Source: Dimorphilus gyrociliatus
Lineage: Eukaryota; Animalia; Annelida
Assembly: GCA_904063045.1 (NCBI GenBank)
Contig: CAJFCJ010000002.1
Span: 682,001-746,000, forward strand
DNA length: 64,000 nt
Direction: 5' to 3'
Made by a program: the position numbers and the translations under genes. Below the pieces are notes generated by a model. That model saw only the letters and a program-made list of their open reading frames with translations. It had not been told where the DNA came from and did no database searches. Positions 1-17,692 of this stretch are shown here, piece by piece; the first letter of the stretch is position 1; every line of letters begins with the position of its first letter.

Positions 1-467
1 TATCCCTTTGAAAGAGTATACGATTCATTCGTTTCATTCTTTATAGGCAATCATATGAATAATTACAAAAGAGCTATGCAATTGATCATTAATACTGGAA
101 ATAAGGAAATAAAGTCAAAAACATACTAGTTTAAAATCAGTTGTCGATAACTTTACCATTCAAAATTTCTAAACTTCCATATCAACTTAGAATAATTATA
201 CTAACCGTCTTTATTACGGTTTGTTGACTAAATAAACAACACAATATGGCAGTATGTGGTCACGCATAAAAAATGTATGATTCTGCATACATTGGTATAT
301 CTAATTCGGAGAATGACACACAAATAGGGAATGATTCCCTAAGCTTAAAAAATCTAAAACCTATATATTTGAAGAGAAGGAGGAAAAAGTCCATTTATAT
401 TGCCTTCAGCCAGCGTCGCTTAGATCGTACATTTACATGACGGTCGGCCATTAGGTGCTTTGTGTTG

Positions 468-3400
468 ATGGCTTCTGGAAGATCTGGTAGGTCGAACTCG
501 AAATCGACAGTTATGCATGAAATGCAGGTAGGATCTATTTTGTTGTCTTTGATTACGAATTAATATTTAATATAATGGTTTGAAACAAAGTCACAAACTT
601 TTAATTGCATTGTTGTAGTGTTTCTATGACTATATAAGTATATTTCATCAAAACTTAAATTCTAATATTAAAGAGTTTCTGATAGAGAGTACACTAAGCC
701 ATCTATCTCATAAAAAAGAACTCCAGTCATAACTTTCCCTTACAAGTATATGACTTGACTTGGTGATTAAAAACCGTTATTTCCTGTATTGAAACAATAA
801 TGGCTTGGGTGGAATGTTATTAAACATAGCTCGGGGCACTTTTACCTGTGTAATGCTTATAAATATATGACGAAATGATTATAAATAAATATGCTTAAAT
901 TGTCTTAAGAGAAAACATGAGAAATTTTAAATGAAAAATTGCTGTATATTAGGAGAAAGGAAATTAAGCATAAAAAGCGAGTAAAGATTGAAATTTTCCT
1001 ATATAAAGATATAAAGATAAAATATCTATGCTAATTATCAATTTTCTACGAAAAATTAATGAGAAAAAACATTATTATCGATCGCTTCAGAGCTATGAGA
1101 AACTGTTTAGTTTTTTAACGGAAGGGACTCAGAGATATGTAGTTAATTATGCAATATAAGATTCTTTTAATCAGACCCATCAGTGAAATTGGTATAAAAT
1201 ATTTACAACCAGTAGCTGGTATCTAGATTTTAAATTCCCTGCAAAGAAACTCACTCTTATACCAACATAAAAATATTTCAAATATTTCATGAAAGATTGC
1301 TTGTGTAATCAATAATCCGAGGTTTCTTTCTATTCACTTGATCATTGATTCCACGAATTTTAGAAACAATTATTACAATATATCCTAGGAAATTTACCGT
1401 ACATCATTTCAGTTAATGAGAAAATATTTAATATATGATATTCGACTTATATAAATCAACTACATTCTCAATTGGAAAATAAAAAAACGCAGGCGAGATC
1501 TGTTTTGGATTGACAGTGTGAATCATCAGCAAAGCAGATTTGTGCTCTTTCCATCGAAAATGCATATAGAACTGTATAGAAAAGTATAGCTCTCCCCCTG
1601 TGTTCATAATACACATATCGTATTCGACAAACCATAGCAAATTTACACAAGATAGCCGAAACAATAGAAATGAATCGTCTGCCGGAAATGACGGTGAAAG
1701 CGTAAAAGGGATTTCCTAGACGCGAACCTATTACTATTTTTACGATTAACTTTAATTGCTGGCGTCATCATTTGTAGAATAAATTGATTGAAATCATTTT
1801 ACTCGAAACCAGTCGATTTTCAAGTCGAGTGCCCCCTCTGTGATGCGGTAGGACGTCCAAAGTAGAAGCGTCTATTGATCGCGCATTATGCAGACGGCGT
1901 CACACAGAGACGCTCAGCGCGCGCGTTCTGGTCATTCTGCTTGGTTACTAGTCTCTTTTGCTAGGAGATTTTTCTCTCGTTAATGTGGAAATTAATCGAT
2001 CGCTGTGGCTAAGGTATTTCTTTATTATTGACGAACCGTCGATCTTAAAAATTGTCATATGTGTACCATTATTTATGTTGAATTTTTTAAAACAGTTTTA
2101 TGTATACATAGGCGATAATGTCATAATCTTTTTCATTACTTTAAGCTTTCTGATTATTAAGGTACCTTGACAAAGATACATTTTTGAAGACGTAATTTTA
2201 GATAAACGTCCAAAGGCATTGGCAAATTCTAGCGTCAATTGGCGTTATTAGAGATAGAAAACCTCAGGCTATCACGATAAATTCAGTATCTATACAAAAA
2301 TCCTTAGCTACGTAACAAATAATGCAATAAAAACTCTTGCTACAGTTATGTAAATAATACATTTTATGTATGATCATATATTTATGTACCATTAAGAATA
2401 GTACAGATATTCGACATTCAAAAATGTTTTAAATAATCTTTTTATGACTTCCATGAAAGAAACGGAAAATGATTAAGAAATCAGGAACCCTTTATTCAAG
2501 TACTAACAAAGATTCACATTTCGGATCGTATATCAACGACAAAAGAGCCAGCGGCTAAGCCAGGCAAATTTCGTTTATATCTATAAGAAATTAGCCATAG
2601 CTCGAAACCTTAACTTTTCGTATCTCATTCTGCATTTATAAGCTATTTCCTCTATTTTAGCTTGCAGGACAATTAGCTGCACAAATTTAACATACTCGAA
2701 CAATTTATGTATGACATTAGAGATATTTTAACATCTTATGTTATGGAGATAGAGAGCGTGGGTGTATAATGTTATTGAAAAAATCTGGTTTTTAACCATT
2801 TTATAAATGATATATCCTTCAAAATGTTTAATATTATACAAAAACAAAAAGATTGGAAAGAAATATGTATAATCGTCGAAGACTGATAAATAGTGATTGC
2901 AAAAGCATATCTCTGTAAAATATACAAAAAAGCAACTAGAAAATATAGAACGATACAATGCATTAAGGAGAAATTAGTCACGCAGCTTGTATAATTGTGC
3001 AGTTTTTTTGCCATCTCAGAAAAAAGAACAGAAACAAAGACACAGAAATACAAGAAAAATAAAGAAGCCAGCACTGCTAATGTGAAAGTCGATATTGTGA
3101 GATAAATATATCCGCAAGCCATGAATCAATCATTTTAGGACGAGCAAAAACATTCTATATATATATATATACATAAAACATGCATATACTTTTATATTTA
3201 TTTATATATATACATAAGTATATATAGTATAAATAGTAGATATACAAAGTGCATATATGTAGCGCCGCCTGAGATTGGAAAGCAAAACTTGCTATTACCT
3301 AGCAAGATGTAAATTTTAATATATAGTCACTTATCGATATTTAGATAAAGATAAAAATTTTGGATACGAATTTTGCCTCTAAAACTTCATTGCTTTATTG

Positions 3401-4612
3401 AAAGATATATTTTCATTTTTTTCCGATAGGGACAAATTTCTTTTTTGGACATTTGGTAGGAAAACATTCACATTTACGATCAATAAGGTTTCCTTTGACG
3501 TCACTAGTTTTATAGACTCTAAATGAAACGTTGACTATATATATATATATATATATACAGTTCACTTATACAACAAACTATACAATTTTAAAATTACTGT
3601 TAAATTTTCATAAACGATTTTTGCTAATAAATAGAAACATTTAAAAATAAATACATATTCATTTACTCTATTTTTTAGTTACAGAAAGATAGATCAGTTC
3701 GACTGCGGGTAAATCCCGAACAGTCTAACGATTATAGAGTGGTTGTGTTTGGAGCGGGTGGTGTTGGTACGTACATCAAAATAAGAAATTAATGAGCAGA
3801 CACTCTGGCCTTAATCGAACAAAGCGTTTTAACAGATAATCAATAGTTCTTTTAATTTAACTTTATAGTAAAAAACATTGCTTTTTTTAAAAATCTTTTC
3901 AAATTTGAATACAAATCATTTTTATAGATCTGTTCCATAAATTCTGTCTTTCTTTAAGATAGATATTTTTGTCAAAAATATTACTATTTGAATAATGAGA
4001 GGTCCGGCTGTTCATTTTTTTTATACAAAAAAGATAATTATATCAAACTAATACATTACTATTTTAGGAAAGTCATCACTAGTTTTAAGATTTGTCAGAG
4101 GAACTTTCCAAGAGTCTTATGTTCCTACAATTGAAGATACATATAGACAAGTAATATCGTGCAATAAGCAAGTATGCACACTTCAAATAACAGACACGAC
4201 TGGTTCACATCAGTTTCCCGCAATGCAAAGATTAAGTATTTCGAAAGGACATGCTTTCATTTTGGTCTTCTCTGTTACCTCAAGACAATCCTTAGAAGAA
4301 TTAAAGCCAATTTATAATGAAATTAGGGGATTAAAAGAAGATGTAGAGTGTATTCCAATAATGTTAGTTGGTAATAAAATTGACGATACTGCCAGTAGAC
4401 AAGTTACAGAAAAAGTGGCATCTCAACTAGCTAAAAGTTGGACGTGCTCATACATTGAGACATCAGCAAAAATGAATACAAATGTAAAAGAGCTATTCCA
4501 GGAGCTACTTCAACAAGAAAAAAGACGAAACGTGAGTTTAAATGTGGATGGAAAAAAGTCAAGGGCTCGAAAATCAAGAGAAAAGCTTAAAGGAAAATGT
4601 GAAATCATGTGA
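468..4612 (+). CDS. DIRAS: Di-Ras small GTPase; exons 468-527 (candidate first coding exon), 3679-3766, 4068-4612
   Basis: The spliced translation reads ...[32 protein letters not shown]...[22 protein letters not shown]...KGKCEIM*, the Di-Ras signature with a CaaX end. The exon at 3679 has no ATG. A phase-0 ATG exon at 468-527 ([20 protein letters not shown]|gtagga) fits it but is less certain. Confidence 0.95.
3496..3503. promoter_or_regulatory. Perfect CRE palindrome in DIRAS intron 1 (others at 43247-43254 and 57503-57510)
   Basis: TGACGTCA seen directly. The 57503 copy lies 163 nt upstream of the Mab-21-like ATG. Function is not shown. Confidence 0.3.
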
Positions 4613-4788
4613 CTGTAATTAAAATTTTGTTTGGTAGAAATACACTAATTCTGTTGATAATATATGCAACTTTTAACTTGATAAATTAAAAGCCTGATGT
4701 ATATATGTAAATATACAGAACTTTTTCAGAATTGTGATTTTTGTAGACAAAAATAAATATATGTTAATGTATATATCTAAAATTAAAC

Positions 4789-5491
4789 TTACATGTTCGG
4801 AGAAAAGCTTTTGTCTTGAAGAACACGTTCGATATCTTCTTCCATGGCCTGTAAAAAATATTTTATCATTCTAAAACATTTACTTGAACATATATATACC
4901 TTAACTGAAGAAACCATTTCACTGGTCTTGGCCACAGTAAAAAAAGCCTTGTTATAATCGGATAAAGAACTAATGTACCTTTCTACCTCCGAAAAAGAAA
5001 GCGTAATAATTCTTCCTTCAATTCGAACCTAACAGAGCACAGAACATATAGGAAGGAAAGATAACCCAGATACAAACTTGTCTTAAAAACTTTTTTGTAT
5101 ACCACTGAAAAAGTGCAGAAACATGTGGATTTTCAATCTAAAATAAATTCAAAAGCGACAGTTATAAAAAACACGTTGTTCAAATCACCCACAATATCCT
5201 TTGATTTTCTGCTCATTGAAGGTGAAATAAAATTGAAGCAGTTTTTTTCCGCATTATCGTCAATTAAAAATACTGCCCTTGATGATGGTTTTTTATCACT
5301 AGTAGGATACACATTAAAATAATAAAATGAAACGTTCAAAATTATAATACAAACTCGCCGCAGGTAGATAATGTGAAAACCTGACGATAATGAATATCAA
5401 TATCTTCATTTTTCCATTTTATATATAACTCAAAAGGATTTGAAGGAACAGTTTCCTTGTCAATGCGATAAACTTCGTGATATCTCGGCAT
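4789..5491 (-). CDS. Truncated pyridoxamine 5'-phosphate oxidase-like (FMN-binding split barrel) protein, ~163 aa, at least 5 exons
   Basis: Minus-strand splicing gives MPRYHE...SNPFELYIKW...FTLSTCGDDKKPSSRAVFL...SRKSKDIIENPHVSALFQW...RQVRIEGR...QDKSFSPNM*. This matches the PNPO motifs LAT..KPSAR, SRK and RQVR.EG. All introns are short GT-AG. Confidence 0.8.
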
Positions 5492-5838
5492 TCTAGATGA
5501 AAATATCAGAAAATATTAATTATTTTTATAGAATAACTTAATTTTATGTTTAAAAAAAGGGTTTTTAAAATTCATATTATTAAAATTATATTGACTAAAG
5601 CCTTTTTTTAGCACGCAATAACGGCTTTTTCTGTTTCGTAGCTCATCTTCTAAACAGTGCTGCTATCTGCTTTATTTCGCGGTGCTATTCATTAATAATG
5701 TAAAACAATACAGAATTTCATCAATCAATTGGAGATGCAGAAAGTTGATAGAGAAATAAATTTCTCTGAGGAATTGAGGATCTATATCGTTGAAATAGCA
5801 AGTTTTCAATGTTTGGAAAAAACAATCTGTAGAAAACA

Positions 5839-8800
5839 ATGAAAGGAATCACTAAATTTAAAGTAACTATAGAAATTTGTATCATAGAAATGATGTTGTT
5901 CGTTTCATGTAAAGAAATATTTTTGGATAAAACTGCAATATTTTTTACTTTTCCGATGAAAAGAAAAGTAACTGTAACAGATATAAAGACAGCAACACAG
6001 ACTAAAAAAGGGCATTTGGTATCTCAATGTTACTTTTTCTGTGTGTTTGATTCAAAATGTGTAGCTTTCTATTTTAATGACACATCAGTGGAATGCTTTT
6101 TATCAAATCTAAAGATAACCTCAAAATTCTATAAAAGAGACGAAATTTCAGAAAATGACAAAATAGAAAAAGTTAGGTCAATATATATATATGTAAGTCA
6201 GACTTTTTAAATAAAAAATTTTACAGGAGTTCAATGACTGCAACAAGCATAAGTGTCATGATTTCTGTGAATTCGAAAAATTGAAATTGAAAGATTATAG
6301 ATGTTGTCAATTAGATAGAAAACCCTGTTTTTCTAAATGGAATTCATGGACAGAATGGACGGAATGCGATGGATTGTGTGGACGAGGTATAAGAAAAAGG
6401 AAAAGATTTTGTAGAAAAGGAAATTGTTCAGGAAAAAAACTAGTTTATGAACAATGCTTAATAAAATGTTCAGGTTAGACTATTGTCGAATCCTCTTTTT
6501 AACTCATAAAATTTTTGTTTGTTAGAAGACAGTTGGGGTGTGTGGTCTATATGCTCTGAAACAACTTGCAGAAAAGATTATTCAATTAGAAAAAAGACTT
6601 TGACCAATGTTACAAATTTTCGTCAATGCCCAAAACTTTCTTGTAAACGTAAGTTAACATAATGTAAATAAATGCATTATATATATAAATAATAATATAA
6701 ATATCTTTGACTTACTAAAAAGCGCCATTACGTATACTTCAACCTTCGCACACTGACTATGGCATCCCACTATTCTATAATAATATTAAAAAAGTGTGGA
6801 ACATATTTTCTTCTGATAACACCATTATTTTGGACCTCTTATGTAAAAATCTTGGGTATTCTGGCATTTTTGATCACGGTACTTTTTTCTAGATAACAGT
6901 GCAAAAGACTATCGATATATTTTCAGAGTTACAAGAATCAAACAAATCAGTACAATCGATAAAATTAAATGAAGCTTGCTTTCAAAAAAAACAGAATTTG
7001 TTTTTTTGCATAGAAATGTCATATAATCTGGAAAAAAAATTTTCAAAAATACAATGCAAAGGTATTATTTTTTTAAGTCTAAGAGTTAAAGTGCACAATT
7101 CACAAAACATGTAGGAGCAGCAATTTAATTAAGTTTTTTGATTAAATTAGAATATTTATGAATCAGTTGTGAATTGTAGTCAAGGCAATATTTAATTATG
7201 TCTGATTGAAAAAACTAACAAAATATTCAACAATCTACACGTGTGTAGATAGCTTCAACAGTAATTGCTGAAAATTTGTTTTTAAAAACGAAGAATATTC
7301 TTTAACTTAAAAGTCGTTACATTTTTGTTAAAGGGCTCATTTTTTTAAAAAATAATCACTTTTTGTTAGATCTTAGATAACAATATATTTGTAATGCTTT
7401 AAATATAGTTGACGGATTTTACAAAATGTGGACGGACTGGACCATCTGTAATGTCACTTGTGGAGTAGGAATAAAAATAAGAAGTCGAGAATGCAGTTTA
7501 CCTAAATATGGTGGAAAAAATTGTAAAGGACCTGGAATAGATCAAAAAATTTGCAATAACTTTTCTTGCCCAGGTAATTTTCTTTTCTCAATGATTTACT
7601 CAACAAATTCTTTAAAGTTGATGGAAGGTTCAAGGAGTGGTCAAATTGGACTTCATGTTCGGTATCTTGCAATGGTGGCATAAGTAACAGGTATAGAACA
7701 TGCGACGGTCCTTTTTTTGGTGGAAAAAATTGTTCTGCTGATTACAATGAAAAAAGAACTTGTAACATTCAGAGTTGTCCTGGTAAAATTTTTTTGGAAA
7801 TTCCAGTTATCTGTAACTTTAAAACGTTACAGATTGTTTAACCAAAAACAAATTTTCAGTCTTTTATTTACTTTAATTCACTCCAACACCTGTCCTTCCT
7901 AGTAGTTAATTTAGCAGCATGAAAAAACCTATCCGTGAAATTGGTTTTATTCCGATTAATTTTTTTGTTTTCAGTCGATGGACAATGGACAATATGGTCT
8001 AAATGGGGAAGCTGTAACACAACATGCGGAAATGGTTTACAACAACGCTTTCGAAATTGCAGTACACCGAAATTTGGAGGTAGGCCTTGTAATGGATCAG
8101 GCATTGAAGCCAAAGATTGCTTTTTAGGACCTTGTATTGGTAAGAAAAAGATATGTTGACTCCATTTTCTACAAAGTATTTATTCAGTTGAAGGAAAATG
8201 GGGGGATTGGTCAGGTTGGTCACTTTGTTCGGTGACATGTGGTGGTGGAGTAAGAAGTAGAAGCCGTAAATGTGTTGGTGAAAAAGCTGCATTGCCTGTT
8301 GTTTGTGATGGTAAAGACAGAATTACGAAGATTTGTCATGATAGAATTTCTTGTGATGAGCGTTAGCTTTTTCGTTTTTTCAAGAATATTCAATGAATAT
8401 TTATATATTTCAGTTCAACCAACGTGTACGGAATACAAAGATTTGGGCTTAGAAGATTCAGTTGCAGTTCAAATAAGACCTTTAATATCTCCCTATACAG
8501 AATTTTGGGTGAAATGCAATCTAGAAGACATGAATGGGATCGGAATTACTGAAATACGTAATTTACTATAGACACTAACTATTCTCTCTATAAGATAAAA
8601 TTTTAGCTCACAACCAAATGAACGAAACAATTGTACAAGGACAAGAAAACCCTGGACAATATGTTGCCGTACTAAAATATAACACTTCAAGCGTAGACTA
8701 CACAAGGTTAATCAAAGCCAGTAAAAAGTGTAGACAATATTTGCAATGGAAATGTAAATCTGCTTCCATAGTGAATCCACAAAACGAGAATGACTTTATG

Positions 8801-9452
8801 ACGTTTTGGATGAATAGGTCGGTTAGTTTTTTTAAAAATTGAAAAACAAATAAAAACTATTTTATAGGAATAATGACCATAAATTTTATTGGTTTGGAGA
8901 CGGTAGTAAAGAAGTTGGATGCAAATGTATGGAAAACAAGTCATGTGGTGATAAAACTAATCCTGAACATCTACAATTAAAGTTACTAATTTCTTAACTG
9001 TTCCTTCTTTTAACTCAATAAAACATTTTTGTAGATGTAACTGTGATGCAAATGATGTAGTTTATAGGGAAGACAGTGGATTTATCGAACAGAAAGATGA
9101 TTTGCCAATTACACGTTTCAGAGCAGGAGATACAGGTATTCAGAAAGCTGATGTTTCAAATGTATTTTTTTCTGGAATTTTTTATATATTTTGAAAAACT
9201 AGGTGGGACAAACGAAGAAGCCAAACATAAAATTGGGCCTTTAGAATGTTGGGGAACTTTGAACCTTTTTAACTAGACAGTAATTTTCTTTTGCATTAAA
9301 AAAAAATTTTTTTTTTCAAAAGAGCCTTAAAAAAAATTTAAAAAAAAAATGAATATATATCTTAATAAGTTCAAATTTCAGGTGGAAAAAGCGAGGAAGG
9401 ATACCACATCATAGGACCACTTCAATGTTGGGGAATTATCTTTCAATCTTAG
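5839..9452 (+). CDS. Secreted multidomain protein A: signal, PAN/apple, degenerate EGF, 2 TSP1, degenerate SRCR, 4 TSP1, CASPR-type fibrinogen-like domain; two alternative last exons (9203-9276, 9382-9452)
   Basis: WxxW..C..TCG.G...R.R.C repeats lie in phase 1-1 exons. The SRCR remnant LLCKNLGY is at 6722-7061. The C-terminus QYLQWKC...YWFG...CNCDAND...DSGFI..KDDLPI...GDT...IGPL.CWG matches the contactin-associated-protein fibrinogen-like domain. Confidence 0.88.
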
Positions 9453-9709
9453 AAATTATCTGACAAATCACAAAAATTTAATTCAACGACTGTTTTCAAT
9501 AAACAAGATTAAATGAAGCAATTTCAATTTTTATTGTGTATAAATAAATACAACAATAATTAATTTATTGTATTAGAATTAATTTCCCTGCGGTATCTCT
9601 TTTACATTGTTGTAGTTTAATTATTGGAAAAAATTTCCTTTGAAGATTAATTTTCTTCTATATCGATCTTTTTCACTCAATATTCAACTTCACTCTCTTT
9701 TGAAAAAGC

Positions 9710-15400
<5,691 letters not shown>

Positions 15401-15433
15401 AATATTCACAATAATTCACTTAGTAATCTTTGA

Positions 15434-16591
15434 TTATCTTCTCCAAAAAAAAAAATATTCACTTAAAGAGTAGTATTGTCTAAAAATATCTCGTAAATAT
15501 AATAAAAAGAAACATGAGACAAGAAGAACATATTGACTAATTAGTATTGTTGTTGCACCAAAAGGTGTCAAACTCATGTATGAAATACCTCTTTTTTTAC
15601 AATCTTTTACCAAAACTCGAGAGACACACTGAAATTCACCTTTTGAGAAGATGTCTTTTTCAATCACTGGTCTTTTTGTCCATTCTATTAGGGAACTCAT
15701 AGGCACTATCCATATTTTCTTTTTAGATAAATATTTTAAAATATCTCTTATTGAATCTCTCAGCGCGGCAGAATGAAGAATTGTTTCCCCAAAATTCAAA
15801 AAAATTGGTTCATCTTCCTTAAGTTTCATTTCAATTTCCTTAATCAAAAATTTTGTAATCTGTTTGCTTGTTTTCTCTGTGAAAAGCAAATCGTCCAAAA
15901 CATATTGTCCGCCTTGTGTAAATGGTATAAGTGGAACTTCCCATAGACCAGGAAACGTTTCGTTAGGACATATTCCGCTAATACATTTTCGGCTATATTT
16001 CTCCCAAGGAAAATCTAATGTTATGGGCCAAAGAATATTCTCTGTCTTTATCGATGAATCATATAAAAATCCTGTTTTTTCTAAAGCTTTATAATGGTTA
16101 TTACCTCCTGGTGTTACACGAGATGAACGAACTCCTCTTATACTTTGAACAGGTATGGAAGTTTGCTTACTTAAAGTATCACGAATCCATCCTGTTTCTT
16201 TAGTCCACTGCTCCTCTGTTGCACGATACCACCAATTATTCGAGTACTTTGGGTTAAGTCCTATTCCTATCTCATGACCATGTATGAAAAGCCTTTGAAC
16301 AATACAGCTTTGCTCATTCTCAGTAACAAATATTGTTGCCGAAGCTGTGCAACCATTTGGATTTTTTATTCGTTCTGTGAAAAATGTGGACATAAACCAT
16401 TCTAATCTTTCATTAACAATTCCAGAATACGCTAAAACCGCAAACTTTGGAGCGATACCCGTGACCTGTACTCTTCTAAGAGGATTCTTGTTATAATGAC
16501 AATAACAAAAAGGTAGTTTGCAGTCTAAATCACAACAGTAATGTATTTTTACTAAAGAAAAAACAATGAAAATATATAAGGAAAATTCCAT
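15434..16591 (-). CDS. Intronless chitin-deacetylase-like (CE4/NodB) protein with signal peptide and C-terminal TM helix; catalytic motifs lost
   Basis: CKLPFCYC, KNPNGC, GHEIG, GGNNHY, FLYDSS, WPITLD and CPNETFPGLWEVP all match animal CDA catalytic domains. The likely start is MEFSLYIFIVFSL (16591); the ORF track starts at 16636. Confidence 0.88.
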   Translation of the reverse strand: MEFSLYIFIVFSLVKIHYCCDLDCKLPFCYCHYNKNPLRRVQVTGIAPKFAVLAYSGIVNERLEWFMSTFFTERIKNPNGCTASATIFVTENEQSCIVQRLFIHGHEIGIGLNPKYSNNWWYRATEEQWTKETGWIRDTLSKQTSIPVQSIRGVRSSRVTPGGNNHYKALEKTGFLYDSSIKTENILWPITLDFPWEKYSRKCISGICPNETFPGLWEVPLIPFTQGGQYVLDDLLFTEKTSKQITKFLIKEIEMKLKEDEPIFLNFGETILHSAALRDSIRDILKYLSKKKIWIVPMSSLIEWTKRPVIEKDIFSKGEFQCVSRVLVKDCKKRGISYMSLTPFGATTILISQYVLLVSCFFLLYLRDIFRQYYSLSEYFFFWRR

Positions 16592-17692
16592 TGCAAAAAT
16601 TTTATATATAACTGTTGCATTCAATATATATACCATTTTTAAACCAATACACTTTGAATTGTTGAATACATTCTAAAACTCACCGCTTTGAAGGAGATAT
16701 CTTTATAAATATTAAGTTTAACATAGTAGTATTATTTTGTGACATTTATTGAAGTTTTTCTAAATGTGTAGAATTTTAAGAATTCTATTTTTTAAAATTT
16801 CTTTAGTTATACACATTCATTACATTATTTTCCTCATTCTATAATTGAATAATACCTGCCGTTATCGTTGAAACGGCGCCACTGTTGATTGACGTTTAGA
16901 TAGCATTATCTCTTGTAGCATTACAGTTTGGATTGGCGTTCATCATGAGATTTTCGTTTTATAAATTTGTTTTAAGAATTTTTTGCTATGGAGCTTCACT
17001 TTTACACATTGAATGTCGTCATGAAAGAAGATATTTAGAAGGGTACCTTCCACCGAGATTTAGTACGTTTTCCTTTTTTCATTTGCTGTACTATATTTCA
17101 CCATTCCTTAATATGATTTAAATTAGAGAATACTCTTGTATCAGTCAAATTAAATGTAGAAATTTAGTACGTTTTTTAAGAGATAGGCACATTTTGTATT
17201 TTTTTGTCTGCCTAAAAAAACATAAGCTGTAAAGTGTAGAGACATGTGGTAAGATAAAACGAAATTCGTTCGTCCATTTACTCTTTACTGGCTTCCAAAT
17301 TCGTTTTTTCTTTTGTCTTTAAAGATTGCAGCTGAAGAGGTTTCAGGATAACTAGCTTAAGGCAAACTTTTATTCCACACTAAAAAACATTATCCCACTT
17401 AGCTCATCCTTGTGAGTTGGGCAGTATGTATTCGAAATTCTTCTATTAAAATCTAAAACATTAACGTAATTGTTCTTTTTTATTGCTTTTTGGACAGTAA
17501 AATTTATGCCATTCATTTTGCCCTGAATCCCTTTTTCGCATCCATTCTATCTGATAGAGAAAACCAGATGCTTTACCTCGCAAACAAAATCCTTACTTTT
17601 CTAATTATTACTTCTAACTATGCAAATATATTTTTCACCAGATGGCGTTTTCTGTCAAAACCCTTGTCTAAAAACAAAGCTCCATTTAAAGG

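Noticed and set aside
395-534. Minus-strand open frame [20 protein letters not shown]...KRRWLKAI*
   Set aside because: It overlaps the plus-strand exon that supplies the missing DIRAS start, its acceptor is weak, and I found no upstream exon or family match.
2200-3122. Possible nested minus-strand gene in DIRAS intron 1 (hydrophobic ORF 2772-3122 and fragments)
   Set aside because: The hydrophobicity follows from A-rich plus-strand DNA. Trial splicing gave stops or introns under 30 nt.
4640-4792. Extra PNPO-like exon using the GTAAGT donor at the stop codon
   Set aside because: No downstream minus-strand exon encoding WGG/EFWQ/RLHDR was found.
7249-7260. 12-nt micro-exon candidate in TSP1 gene A
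   Set aside because: It is in frame with a GTAATT donor, but the acceptor has no pyrimidine tract.
7807-7812. 6-nt micro-exon candidate in TSP1 gene A
   Set aside because: It would leave a 24-nt upstream intron, far below the sizes seen in this window.
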